DNA of 64,000 nucleotides from a virus. Numbering within the stretch: position 1 is the stretch's first letter; each line of letters begins with the position of its first letter. The notes under the pieces are model-generated. The model made no database searches, was not told the DNA's origin, and was given only the letters and a program-made list of their open reading frames with translations. Both the position numbers and the translations under genes were made by a program. Where the stretch lies: IMG/VR virus record IMGVR_UViG_3300005253_000946; one strand, 5' to 3'. Below are positions 27,283 through 36,125 of this stretch, piece after piece.

Positions 27283-27894
27283 TTGCTTATTCATATTATT
27301 TAAGGCATCCAGGAAGGCTTGAGGAGGAGCTACAGCGTTAGCACTAGCAGCTGCAGATGGTACGAAAGCAGATATATTAGGGGGTATAGATGCCTTCTTA
27401 GGGGCTGAAAACGTCTGCACCGGCTTCTGAGGGTCTAAAGAATCTGCACACAGGTTACATAGACCTAGTTCTTTATTCTTTAGATATATATGGCCATCGT
27501 CTACCCTACCCATCTCTGACCCACACCCACGGCAGTTCAGGATCCTACTCACTGGCAGTTTAATATTAATTAAGGTAGGTAGGTGGTGTTGCTCGATTTT
27601 GTAGTTCTCATCCCAGTGAAACTTACCTGGGTGTATATCCCAGAGCTTCAGTAGCTTCCCTACCGCCAACAGGTTGTAACAATTCTCATCGGTGAGGACA
27701 TGTGTTCGTAGGACCAGATGAGAAGCTCCGTCGACCAACTCTGGAACTCTTCTAAGTTCAGAGATCAGAGAGGATGCATTATCTTTGAGAGCGTTTACAT
27801 CGATCCTTACAGAAACTCCGGGTTTTATATCAACCTTGGTCCCTGTGGGTGAGACTAAATTAGCTAGGGCTGCTAGAACTTTTGCGAAATCCAT
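27280..27894 (-). CDS. hypothetical protein with Zn-ribbon
   Basis: 204 aa; CRGCG...CNLC. Confidence 0.6.
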   Translation of the reverse strand: MDFAKVLAALANLVSPTGTKVDIKPGVSVRIDVNALKDNASSLISELRRVPELVDGASHLVLRTHVLTDENCYNLLAVGKLLKLWDIHPGKFHWDENYKIEQHHLPTLINIKLPVSRILNCRGCGSEMGRVDDGHIYLKNKELGLCNLCADSLDPQKPVQTFSAPKKASIPPNISAFVPSAAASANAVAPPQAFLDALNNMNKQ

Positions 27895-27943
27895 AACTCT
27901 TGACTCAAAGGCCTAAACCTGTTTACTATGGTGTTTACCGCTT

Positions 27944-28480
27944 ATGGATAAACTAGAAATAAGATACCGACGATTCAAGAATAAAGCAAGGCAAGACGTA
28001 GATGTCATCGCCCTGCAGATTTTTAGGGTCACCGATCCCTTAATTGAGCAGAAGTACAGTCACGTTACTGATTACAGCCTTCGTAAGAAACGTAAGGACT
28101 CACCATTGAAGATTAAGGAGTGGGATGGTAGTGACACCTTGTTAAATGGTAACATGAGCGTCGATCAGTATATGAAAATGATCCTCGATACCTGGAAGGG
28201 TCCTTGCAATAGTCATGCCGATATTGTGATTAAACTTGAGGAAGGTACAGTGTTACAAGCACCTTCTAGGAGAGTAAGTCAGGATCCAGTTATCTTAGAC
28301 CCAAACCAGCATGAACTGGCAAAGGGCTGGGTTACGTACGATACCGTCTATATCTCTCAAGAAGACATGCGTAGCTCTTTTACTAATCACTACCCTCTAT
28401 TTAAAGACCTTATCGAGATTGTCAAAAGGTCTATAGAGGTTCGAGAGGACGTTAAGCGTGGTCAATCCATCAGAGCCTAG
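27944..28480 (+). CDS. hypothetical protein
   Basis: 178-aa ORF; possible TTGACT-18-TACTAT promoter at 27900-27929. Confidence 0.6.
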   Translation: MDKLEIRYRRFKNKARQDVDVIALQIFRVTDPLIEQKYSHVTDYSLRKKRKDSPLKIKEWDGSDTLLNGNMSVDQYMKMILDTWKGPCNSHADIVIKLEEGTVLQAPSRRVSQDPVILDPNQHELAKGWVTYDTVYISQEDMRSSFTNHYPLFKDLIEIVKRSIEVREDVKRGQSIRA

Positions 28481-28847
28481 AGTTGTAGCAGATATAGTCA
28501 CTGAGATATCTGAACTCAATGACAAAAAGGTTGTCATTGAGCATCTACGCTCGGCATTATCTGATTTTATTAAATCACCTGAAGGTATGGAAGCACCTTT
28601 GAATCTTTCCGACAGCCGTGGTAAACGGATAGATCCTATTATTATAAAAGATGTCGTAGGTGAGTTAAATGATTGGACCGAAGATATTGATGGGGAACTA
28701 ACTAAACTGTCAGGGTCTCAAGTAGCTACAGCTGGTATGAAAGTAGTAATAGCCGGTGGAAAAGGGAAGGCTAAAAAAAAGATCAATAATAAACCAACAG
28801 TTGTTAAAGATCCAGAAGACAAAGTACCAGAAGCCGCTCAAGCTTGA
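28458..28847 (+). CDS. hypothetical protein
   Basis: 129-aa ORF overlapping the upstream gene. Confidence 0.55.
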   Translation: MVNPSEPRVVADIVTEISELNDKKVVIEHLRSALSDFIKSPEGMEAPLNLSDSRGKRIDPIIIKDVVGELNDWTEDIDGELTKLSGSQVATAGMKVVIAGGKGKAKKKINNKPTVVKDPEDKVPEAAQA

Positions 28848-29230
28848 GCAGCCACAGGTCCGTCTAACACTTCAGATATTATATCGTAGGGTATCAGTAC
28901 TTCTACATTAGGGGACTTCTTAGTTACTACTGTGAGAGCTTTTCGATAGAGCTTGAATCTGAGTAATTCTACTCGCTTATCTTCTGTTGTAAGTAAAGTC
29001 ACAGGTCCGTCCACCAGTTCGTAGAGATCACCCACACGTCTGTACTCGTATTGTTTGATTGAGTTTAAGAAGTTGATACTACCTCTGGCCTCTACCGGTA
29101 CTACGCTGAAAATAAATCGATCCAATTTATTCAATAGTGTTCGTAGCGATCCTCTCTTTTTGCCAGTAGAGAGTCTCAACGAGACTGAGGTTAAAGCAAA
29201 TATGATTGCTAACAACAATTTTCTGTCCAT
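28838..29230 (-). CDS. hypothetical protein with N-terminal hydrophobic/signal-like segment
   Basis: AAGGAG RBS; MDRKLLLAIIFALTSVSL. Confidence 0.6.
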   Translation of the reverse strand: MDRKLLLAIIFALTSVSLRLSTGKKRGSLRTLLNKLDRFIFSVVPVEARGSINFLNSIKQYEYRRVGDLYELVDGPVTLLTTEDKRVELLRFKLYRKALTVVTKKSPNVEVLIPYDIISEVLDGPVAAQA

Positions 29231-29494
29231 GTAAAATCTCCTTCTCAGCTATGGTTAGGTTGTTAATGGAAGACCCTACATGCTCGACACTTCAAAACTC
29301 ACTCATCCTTGGAGGATTTAGAAGGCTGTGTACCGAACTTGTAGGGTCTCCAAACTGTTATAGCCGATTATTTGGGATTCTTTTAACACAAAAATATAAG
29401 CGTCGTTTCAAATGGTTGTGTTGTGATCTTTCTACTTCGGCTTTGAGAACTTTCGGGCTACAAGAATCCTCTATAAATTGTTTTAGTAGAGTAC

Positions 29495-29574
29495 TCAAGT
29501 AGGATAGGAATTGAACCTATCTTCTCAATTCTCGATAGGAATTGACTTTACAGTATGTATTCGGCAAACGCTCG
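29495..29574 (-). ncRNA. possible tRNA-like structured RNA (non-canonical)
   Basis: T-arm-like GATAGG-TTCAATT-CCTATC; 7-bp stem with 7-nt loop CTATCGA; weak acceptor pairing; TGTATAAT just upstream. Confidence 0.25.
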
Positions 29575-29619
29575 TAATACATTATACATTTACCTTATTA
29601 CACAAACTTTACTCGATTT

Positions 29620-29919
29620 TCACCTTTTTTTGGATAAGAAGTTTGAGAGGTCTAAGGTGCGTATATTATGCTTAAGTGGGGGGTTATCTTCTCTAGAATC
29701 TTCCAAGATCTGTCTTTCTTCGGATTCAGCGTCCTCATCGATCTCTGAGTAGTCGTCTCCCAACTCAACTATGTCTCTAGTTACTAGTCTGTATCTATCG
29801 ACCAAGGCTCGTATGATATCCTCTACAGTGATGTCAGGGGCCTCTGTTTGCAGTTCATTGGCTTTCCTGTGTAGGAAGTCAAGTTGCTGCTGTGTGAGTG
29901 GTACGACTACCTTTTTCAT
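29620..29919 (-). CDS. small DNA-binding protein (ribbon-helix-helix-like)
   Basis: KKVVVPLTQQQLDFLHRKA...EDIIRALVD pattern. Confidence 0.45.
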   Translation of the reverse strand: MKKVVVPLTQQQLDFLHRKANELQTEAPDITVEDIIRALVDRYRLVTRDIVELGDDYSEIDEDAESEERQILEDSREDNPPLKHNIRTLDLSNFLSKKR

Positions 29920-30479
29920 TCGAAATCTTCGTGACTCCTAGAAGCTACGACACCGTCAGATTTTGCGTATTTTCCTCGATATAGTACATCAGGCGTTTCA
30001 CCTTCACTGTCAGCTTTGATAACTTCGTTAAAGGCTATCTGGCATATTTTCATGCCAGGAGTGAGACGTATTTTGTACTTCCTGGTTATATGGAGGTCTA
30101 CTATCTCAAGTGTCCAATGCTGATTGAATCCTACATCCCCAAAACCTGCTGTAACGTGTACCAATAATCCTATACGACCTATAGATGATTTACCATTAAT
30201 TTGTGGCTCCCACATATCACTACCAGCTCTCTCTACTGTATGGCCTAGGTAAAGAACTCCAGGTTTAAGATCATACCCGACATCAGGTATCTTAATCTCT
30301 TTAGTCGGAGTCTCTTTGCGTGGGTCTATAGTCGACCCTTCAGGGTAGTTATAAACCAGTAGAGTATCTCCCAGAGTAAGATCGTAAGAGTTCGGGTTGA
30401 TGTTAGCATCATTAAAGGGGTCTATAAGAATCCTACCCGCCTTAACTTCCTCTCTTAATTTAGTTGCTGATAGTGCCAC
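29916..30479 (-). CDS. dcd: dCTP deaminase
   Basis: INPNSYDLTL, GKSSIGRIGL, AGFGDVGF, WTLEI, ICQIAF, YRGKY family motifs. Confidence 0.9.
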   Translation of the reverse strand: MALSATKLREEVKAGRILIDPFNDANINPNSYDLTLGDTLLVYNYPEGSTIDPRKETPTKEIKIPDVGYDLKPGVLYLGHTVERAGSDMWEPQINGKSSIGRIGLLVHVTAGFGDVGFNQHWTLEIVDLHITRKYKIRLTPGMKICQIAFNEVIKADSEGETPDVLYRGKYAKSDGVVASRSHEDFE

Positions 30480-30481
30480 AA

Positions 30482-30718
30482 TTACTCCTTTTTAGTAGGG
30501 TTTTTCTTTGGTGGTTTAGGTGTTTGTTGTTTAGATTCAGATGAATACCCGTCTTTATACCAACCACCACCTTTAAGTTCGAAGTTAGATCTACTTAAGA
30601 TCTTCTTTGATCTTTCACCGCACTTATGACACTTAATATGTTCCGGCCGGTCATCAGCAATACTCTGTATTATCTCTGAGATATGACCGGACTCACATTC
30701 ATACTCATACCTAGCCAT
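30482..30718 (-). CDS. FmdB-family zinc-ribbon protein
   Basis: MARYEYECESGH...CHKCG...FELKGGGWYKDGY. Confidence 0.8.
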   Translation of the reverse strand: MARYEYECESGHISEIIQSIADDRPEHIKCHKCGERSKKILSRSNFELKGGGWYKDGYSSESKQQTPKPPKKNPTKKE

Positions 30719-30720
30719 AT

Positions 30721-31251
30721 TTAATCTGTTCTTTCAAAACCTAATGCGGCGGCAATGATACCCTCTACTAGTTGTGGGTCAGCTGTAATTTTACGACCGT
30801 TACCGTCCGATGCCTCTACAAAGAGCCAGGTGAAGTCTTCCTCGCTTATATCTATGTTAGCATCCCATCTACCTTCAGTATCTATACTGATTTGAGCCAA
30901 TTCACTACCGTAGGCTAAGGTAGCTATGTCTATAATAGTCTGTTTCAGAGCTGCTGATGCTCTAGGACTACTGTTGCCTGAAGTAACAAGATCATACCCA
31001 AGCTCCATTAAACTTTTAATAATATTGTTTAGGCGTTCGAACTCGTCACGAGTAATATCTGTATCCGCCTGGGTCTTAACAACTTCATCTGAATCTGCGT
31101 CTATCAAGACTACGGAACAGTCTAAACATTCTATGGACATGTTTATAGGCTCTTCATCGCATTCTCCGTAAGCTACGACTTTAATCTCGTGACAATAATG
31201 CTCTTTCAGGCCAGCGAAGATTTTAGCTCTGTTACTCAGATCCAATCCCAT
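30721..31251 (-). CDS. hypothetical protein
   Basis: 176-aa ORF in a tightly packed operon. Confidence 0.6.
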   Translation of the reverse strand: MGLDLSNRAKIFAGLKEHYCHEIKVVAYGECDEEPINMSIECLDCSVVLIDADSDEVVKTQADTDITRDEFERLNNIIKSLMELGYDLVTSGNSSPRASAALKQTIIDIATLAYGSELAQISIDTEGRWDANIDISEEDFTWLFVEASDGNGRKITADPQLVEGIIAAALGFERTD

Positions 31252-31846
31252 TTTTCAGGTCCTCCAGATATTTAGCGAAGAGTTCACCATCTTCTTTGTT
31301 TTTGAAGTTCGCTACTACAGACAGCTTTGTAGCAGCAGAGGTTGGTATTCTACAGAGTGCAGGAGTTTGTCGCCTAGGTATCTGTAGAACTTTATAATCA
31401 AATGTTTTTTCAGCCATGTCTTTGAGTTCCTTTTTTACCAGATAGAATGTGTGGATACGGTTCTTTAGATCGATACTAGACTTAGGGTCTTTTTTAGCTG
31501 CAGCGTTATGTCCAGAACCGATAGGATAACATTTCATCTTCCTTTTCATTTGAGAATCTCGTGTATGCCTACCCCACGGATCTATTATGATGTAAACGTC
31601 CTCTAGTCCTAATTTCCACTCATGTAGGACTTCAATTATATTCCAAATTCTATGCTGACCGTAAGGTTTTGCAAAATGCCCTGGACACTGTTCTTCATAC
31701 CATTTCCCTACTATACTTTGTATAGGAAGTTGGCAGATAAGACCGTCGTTTGCTTTGTAAGTATTAGGGTGTTGGAATAGATCTCGTGTATTAGGTATAT
31801 TCATCACATACCTTTCAAACACTTTCTGGTAGGGATTCATATTCAT
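31232..31846 (-). CDS. hypothetical protein
   Basis: 204-aa ORF in operon. Confidence 0.55.
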   Translation of the reverse strand: MNMNPYQKVFERYVMNIPNTRDLFQHPNTYKANDGLICQLPIQSIVGKWYEEQCPGHFAKPYGQHRIWNIIEVLHEWKLGLEDVYIIIDPWGRHTRDSQMKRKMKCYPIGSGHNAAAKKDPKSSIDLKNRIHTFYLVKKELKDMAEKTFDYKVLQIPRRQTPALCRIPTSAATKLSVVANFKNKEDGELFAKYLEDLKNGIGSE

Positions 31847-32246
31847 CCTCTAATTTCTCTCGATAGTCTATGGCAGCCTTATTTTCTTCAGTTATAAACC
31901 TACTTCTCAGCTCTTCTAAATCATCTAGGTCAATTATCTGTGCATCAATAGGTGAATCGGATTTAATACCCTGCACCACACCACCATCAACAAGTACTAG
32001 GACACGAGGCTTGTCTTTATATTTAGTAGACCTAACTACTTGTGAAGTCTTTACTACAACATCTATAAGACCTTCTTGCTCCATTATCTTTCGTTTAACT
32101 TCCTGTGTGTGCCAGTCTGGATCTTCAAGAGCCACACTATCGAATACAGAAAAAGCTTTTAGAGATTCTGCTATCAACTTGGCGGTAATAGTTTTTCCTG
32201 AATTTGGTTGACCCAGAACAATAACATCTATTTTTTTATCAGCCAT
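31815..32246 (-). CDS. hypothetical protein with N-terminal P-loop-like motif
   Basis: IVLGQPNSGKT; no clear Walker B. Confidence 0.55.
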   Translation of the reverse strand: MADKKIDVIVLGQPNSGKTITAKLIAESLKAFSVFDSVALEDPDWHTQEVKRKIMEQEGLIDVVVKTSQVVRSTKYKDKPRVLVLVDGGVVQGIKSDSPIDAQIIDLDDLEELRSRFITEENKAAIDYREKLEDEYESLPESV

Positions 32247-32247
32247 A

Positions 32248-32493
32248 TTAAAGACTTCCTTTCACATGGAGAGCTAATTCTCGTATAGCCTCCAGTTCAT
32301 CTTGGTATATTGAAGTTTCACCTATTAATCGACAGGAAATATCTGAGGTCTCATCTAGGCGAAACGTAGTATGGTCGAGTATCTCATCTACTACAGTTAG
32401 TGCTGTATCAGCTAAGTCTGAGAGCTTGTCACGCTCTTTAAATACGTCAAACTCACCTAAACTACCTAGTATGTCGTCATCTTTATCACTCAT
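32248..32493 (-). CDS. hypothetical protein
   Basis: 81-aa ORF in operon. Confidence 0.55.
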   Translation of the reverse strand: MSDKDDDILGSLGEFDVFKERDKLSDLADTALTVVDEILDHTTFRLDETSDISCRLIGETSIYQDELEAIRELALHVKGSL

Positions 32494-32905
32494 CTTTTAC
32501 TCCACTTGTATCTAAAGAAGCTGGTTTACTCCATTCAACACCCTTAGAATGTGCTATGAAAGATCCTCCATTAAATTCACCTATATGTAGTTTGCTACAA
32601 TAGGCTGCCCAATGAAGTGAAAGTGTATCTTCTGGGCGGAATGTAGCTAGAAATTTTTGAAATAATTCAGACACGCTATTTGGATTGCCACTTTCCTCTG
32701 CATACACCCAGAGCGTGTCTTCCTTTAACTGCCAATCAAAATCAGGCCAGCAGTCTACGTCATGCTCTTCTAATCCACGTTCCTCCACCCATTTATCAAA
32801 CTTCTCTTTATCTTCTGGAGGTTCCAATTCAATTTTCAACCATTCTTTCTCTTCATCGGTTAGTTTATTTATCTCTTCACTGAACTGTAGGTAGTTATTA
32901 GCCAT
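32486..32905 (-). CDS. hypothetical protein
   Basis: 139-aa ORF with RBS. Confidence 0.6.
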   Translation of the reverse strand: MANNYLQFSEEINKLTDEEKEWLKIELEPPEDKEKFDKWVEERGLEEHDVDCWPDFDWQLKEDTLWVYAEESGNPNSVSELFQKFLATFRPEDTLSLHWAAYCSKLHIGEFNGGSFIAHSKGVEWSKPASLDTSGVKDE

Positions 32906-32914
32906 TATATTTTC

Positions 32915-33211
32915 CTATTCTAATGAGTCGTAGTCGATTTCGTGGTCTGCAAGCACGTAGTGTAATTCTCCAGAATCAGAGACTGTAACCGTCAATCTAT
33001 GTTTCTCAGTAAAGATTACGAACTCGTCTTTAGATTTTTTGACTTCTTTTATCTCTTTTCCGACAAGCTGTACTCCAACAACCACTATTAGTATGTTTTC
33101 TATAATATCCCCTTCTTTAAAATCTTCAGTATTTGGACAGCGGCACCCATCAGTACGGAAGTTTTTAGGGAGGTTACAGTCGGGACATATATTCATACCC
33201 ATCATGCTCAT
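32915..33211 (-). CDS. hypothetical protein with N-terminal Cys motif
   Basis: CPDC...CRC. Confidence 0.55.
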   Translation of the reverse strand: MSMMGMNICPDCNLPKNFRTDGCRCPNTEDFKEGDIIENILIVVVGVQLVGKEIKEVKKSKDEFVIFTEKHRLTVTVSDSGELHYVLADHEIDYDSLE

Positions 33212-33223
33212 AATTATTCTCCT

Positions 33224-33613
33224 TTAGTATTGTATTTCTAACGAGAGCTGGCCTAATCTTCGTTCTTCCCACCATTGTTTGGCTGTATATGAGTTAGGAC
33301 AGAAAAAGACATAAGCCCCTATATTGAGAGTAGCTTGTTGGAACTCTCCTAGGTAATTTTTCATCTGACTCAGGTTTTGTTTTCCTCTAAGTCGAAATGG
33401 GTAGGGATCGTCTTTTTCACCAACCCAAGATCTCCAAGGACGTATAGCTACGCTAAGGCATAAAACTAATGAATCGTGCGGCACTTTTAGAAACTCTTTA
33501 CCGATAGTAAGATGGAAATGGTCTTCTGGCTCAATTAAGAACCCTGTTGCTTGATTGGCTGCGGTGTCTAGACCAAATTTCTTTACTACTTGTGAAGCAG
33601 CTAACTTGAGCAT
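33224..33613 (-). CDS. hypothetical protein
   Basis: Start moved to ATG 33613 (AAAGGAG RBS); the track start overlaps the tRNA. Confidence 0.55.
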   Translation of the reverse strand: MLKLAASQVVKKFGLDTAANQATGFLIEPEDHFHLTIGKEFLKVPHDSLVLCLSVAIRPWRSWVGEKDDPYPFRLRGKQNLSQMKNYLGEFQQATLNIGAYVFFCPNSYTAKQWWEERRLGQLSLEIQY

Positions 33614-33634
33614 TAGACTCTCCTTTATAATTGC

Positions 33635-33711
33635 TGGCCTGGGCGGCGGGACTTGAACCCGCATAACTCCTGTTTAGAAGACAGGTGCTAATCCAATTTA
33701 GCTACGCCCAG
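33635..33711 (-). tRNA. trnR: tRNA-Arg (anticodon TCT) with encoded CCA
   Basis: Acceptor CTGGGCG/CGCCCAG, D-arm GCTA/TAGC, anticodon arm CCTGT-CTTCTAA-ACAGG, T-arm GCGGG-TTCAAGT-CCCGC, 3' G-CCA. Confidence 0.92.
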
Positions 33712-33900
33712 GTTATTTAATAGGACCGCCAAGATAAAGATCATGTCTCTGCCACCCTGTAAAGTCGCGTGTAAACACTCTGTCACACCCATCATCGTCT
33801 GGAGCGTCTGTAGAGACATCCACAGAGATATGTACTGGAGTATCACAAGGGACTTGCCTTAGTTGGTAGATTAGTTGTCCTGCTGTCGATCGGCCACATT

Positions 33901-34131
33901 CTACTCACTTTCTGGAGGAAGTAAACACTCAGGTTTAACCATCTCTGTAACAGTCTCTTGTACCATTGATTCATAACCCCAAGCGTAGTTGAAGTGACGA
34001 TACGCCTGAAACATTAAGTAGGCGAATCCTCCTATTACTACTACAACGACTACGACCACTATAAAGAGGGCAATACCGCTCTTTATTTTGTCCATACGTG
34101 ATTCGTCTTTACCTTTAAGTTTTCGTGACAT
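33901..34131 (-). CDS. small single-pass membrane protein
   Basis: IALFIVVVVVVVVIGGFAYLMF. Confidence 0.65.
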   Translation of the reverse strand: MSRKLKGKDESRMDKIKSGIALFIVVVVVVVVIGGFAYLMFQAYRHFNYAWGYESMVQETVTEMVKPECLLPPESE

Positions 34132-34870
34132 CTCTTTTCCTTCTTTTCTTCTTTCTTAAGGCTGCCTTAAGTTCACAAGCATCATATTCAGTACCGGCGT
34201 AGGCTATAATGCCTTTAGAGTTAGAAATTGCCCACCATGATTTTGGGCCTATATCATTCTCCCATTCGCCTGGAGGTATGACATCTATGTCAGACACTTC
34301 CGGTTTACCTTCAGTGATTTTGGATTTAAGGTCTCTAGGTAGCCAAGACTCTGTAGATATACACCAGTCACCGTAGTAGACTCCGTTATAGAGAAGCATA
34401 TCTCCATGTACATCTAGCCATAGCTCTTTTTCAGCCGTGTCGTCACGCATACACCTGATCGTGAACATATAGGTGGTGATAATACACTTGAATGGACCTA
34501 GTACAGGTCCCTGAGTGCCCCAGTCATCCATATCCTGGGTAGGATCGGACCGGCCATGATAAAGCTCTAGGTAGACACTCTCAGACTTCTGGGCAGGAGC
34601 ATCTTCACCCTTTATAGTGGCGAAGACTTGTACGTTGACAACATCACCATTGTTGTCGAAGTACTTACCACAATCATTACAGATCCACCAACCCTGACCT
34701 TCGTAAGTAGTATCTTCATGGCTGACTTCTTCCATCTGACCGTCGTTAACGCAGACAGTAGAATACTCTACCGCTAACTCTGCTCGGTTCATACTGTTAT
34801 ATGCACCGCAGGAGGGGCAGTAAGGAGTACCGTCATCGTTTACCGGCATACCTTTATATGATTCAGTCAT
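34115..34870 (-). CDS. multi-domain hypothetical protein with N-terminal Zn-ribbon
   Basis: CPSCG...CNDCG. Confidence 0.6.
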   Translation of the reverse strand: MTESYKGMPVNDDGTPYCPSCGAYNSMNRAELAVEYSTVCVNDGQMEEVSHEDTTYEGQGWWICNDCGKYFDNNGDVVNVQVFATIKGEDAPAQKSESVYLELYHGRSDPTQDMDDWGTQGPVLGPFKCIITTYMFTIRCMRDDTAEKELWLDVHGDMLLYNGVYYGDWCISTESWLPRDLKSKITEGKPEVSDIDVIPPGEWENDIGPKSWWAISNSKGIIAYAGTEYDACELKAALRKKKRRKRDVTKT

Positions 34871-35495
34871 TTTTACCTAACTCCTCTGCAACACTGGCAG
34901 CTTTACCAAGCCACTGTAGATAGTTTCCTAGTCCATCTACTTGTTTAGATACAGTTTTAACTCGTTTAGCTAACGCTGTAACAAGTGTGTCTGTTTGAGA
35001 CCTGATCTTTTGCCCAGGGTTCCTGCCAAAGAACATTATTTCGGTGCTAATACTGTCTAGTAAGTTCTTTTTAGTGGGCTTGTAGTCTGGCTCCTCTAAA
35101 GGATACCCGTAAAGGTGTGCTTTAAAATCTAAGGTTAAAGCCTCAGATAAAGGCATTACCTGACTAGTCTCATGTATTTTACCGGCAGCTCTTTCAGCTA
35201 CTTCTCTGGTGTTAAATAGTTTAGCGTCAGATACAGAGGTACTAAAACCATGATCGTAACTTTTTTTTCTAGACTCTAGGTAATAGAAGTGTTTGATCGT
35301 CTTACGATCTTTCTTAGACAGCTGTCGATGCGGATACACTTTAGGATCTCCGGTTTTTAAGACGATAACAAACTTACCTAGCTTGCCTCTAGTGTCTTCA
35401 GGACTGCGTGCTCCAACTATGCTCTGTAGTTCATACAGGTAGATTCTGATCTGCTGCTTAGTTAAAGGGTTTTTATTCCATAGTTTAGTCGTCAT
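34863..35495 (-). CDS. hypothetical protein
   Basis: 210-aa ORF in operon. Confidence 0.55.
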   Translation of the reverse strand: MTTKLWNKNPLTKQQIRIYLYELQSIVGARSPEDTRGKLGKFVIVLKTGDPKVYPHRQLSKKDRKTIKHFYYLESRKKSYDHGFSTSVSDAKLFNTREVAERAAGKIHETSQVMPLSEALTLDFKAHLYGYPLEEPDYKPTKKNLLDSISTEIMFFGRNPGQKIRSQTDTLVTALAKRVKTVSKQVDGLGNYLQWLGKAASVAEELGKND

Positions 35496-35883
35496 TGGTA
35501 TCTCCGAGGTTAATGGTTAAGTTTAAATGTTTTACGGGTTGAAGCATACCTATATATACTTGCCCGTCTTTAACACTGATCTTCACTCCATTCTCTAATT
35601 CATAGTACTCCATGTTCTCAGTTAATACTGGAGGTACGTAGATTCCTATTAAGATCAGCGCCCCATGTAAAGTCTTCGGGTACATATGTATATTTACTTT
35701 TTGATCATCCTCCTCACTAGCAGACACCTTCCACTCCCAGTGATCTTCAGGCTTTGTACCGCCCATTAAAACATCACCTATTATAGCAGTAGCCAGACGT
35801 TTAGCCTCATCCATCTCAGTACCTAAAGGTATTCTGCCTTTTAAAGCTTTAGCTAGGACTTTCTGTATCTCTTTAAGATTCAT
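35485..35883 (-). CDS. hypothetical protein
   Basis: 132-aa ORF in operon. Confidence 0.55.
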   Translation of the reverse strand: MNLKEIQKVLAKALKGRIPLGTEMDEAKRLATAIIGDVLMGGTKPEDHWEWKVSASEEDDQKVNIHMYPKTLHGALILIGIYVPPVLTENMEYYELENGVKISVKDGQVYIGMLQPVKHLNLTINLGDTNDD

Positions 35884-36112
35884 CTAATTTTTCGATTGCT
35901 GGATTCTTAATAAGGTAATTAGTAAGGTACTGTGACAAACGAGAAGCCCTCTCACGTGACATCTGGACAGTGAATTTAACATTACTGCTAGAACTGTTAT
36001 TGTAGAGTGTTACGTCAGTACCAGAGCCTTCAAAGTCAATGTTTACTTTATCTTCTACTTGTCCGCTACCATACCTGTTTCGTACTGAGATTGATGTTTT
36101 GTTACCGTTCAC
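35873..36112 (-). CDS. hypothetical protein
   Basis: 79-aa ORF with AAGGAG RBS. Confidence 0.55.
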   Translation of the reverse strand: MNGNKTSISVRNRYGSGQVEDKVNIDFEGSGTDVTLYNNSSSSNVKFTVQMSRERASRLSQYLTNYLIKNPAIEKLDES

Positions 36113-36125
36113 TATTTAGGTCTCC

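Noticed and set aside
29300-29574. Two-piece tmRNA or canonical tRNA
   Set aside because: No alanine acceptor stem (G3:U70) or CCA, no tag ORF identified, and acceptor pairing is poor; kept only as a tRNA-like element.
33614-33664. N-terminal extension of ORF 33224..33664
   Set aside because: It overlaps the tRNA-Arg gene; an ATG with a strong RBS at 33613 is the better start.
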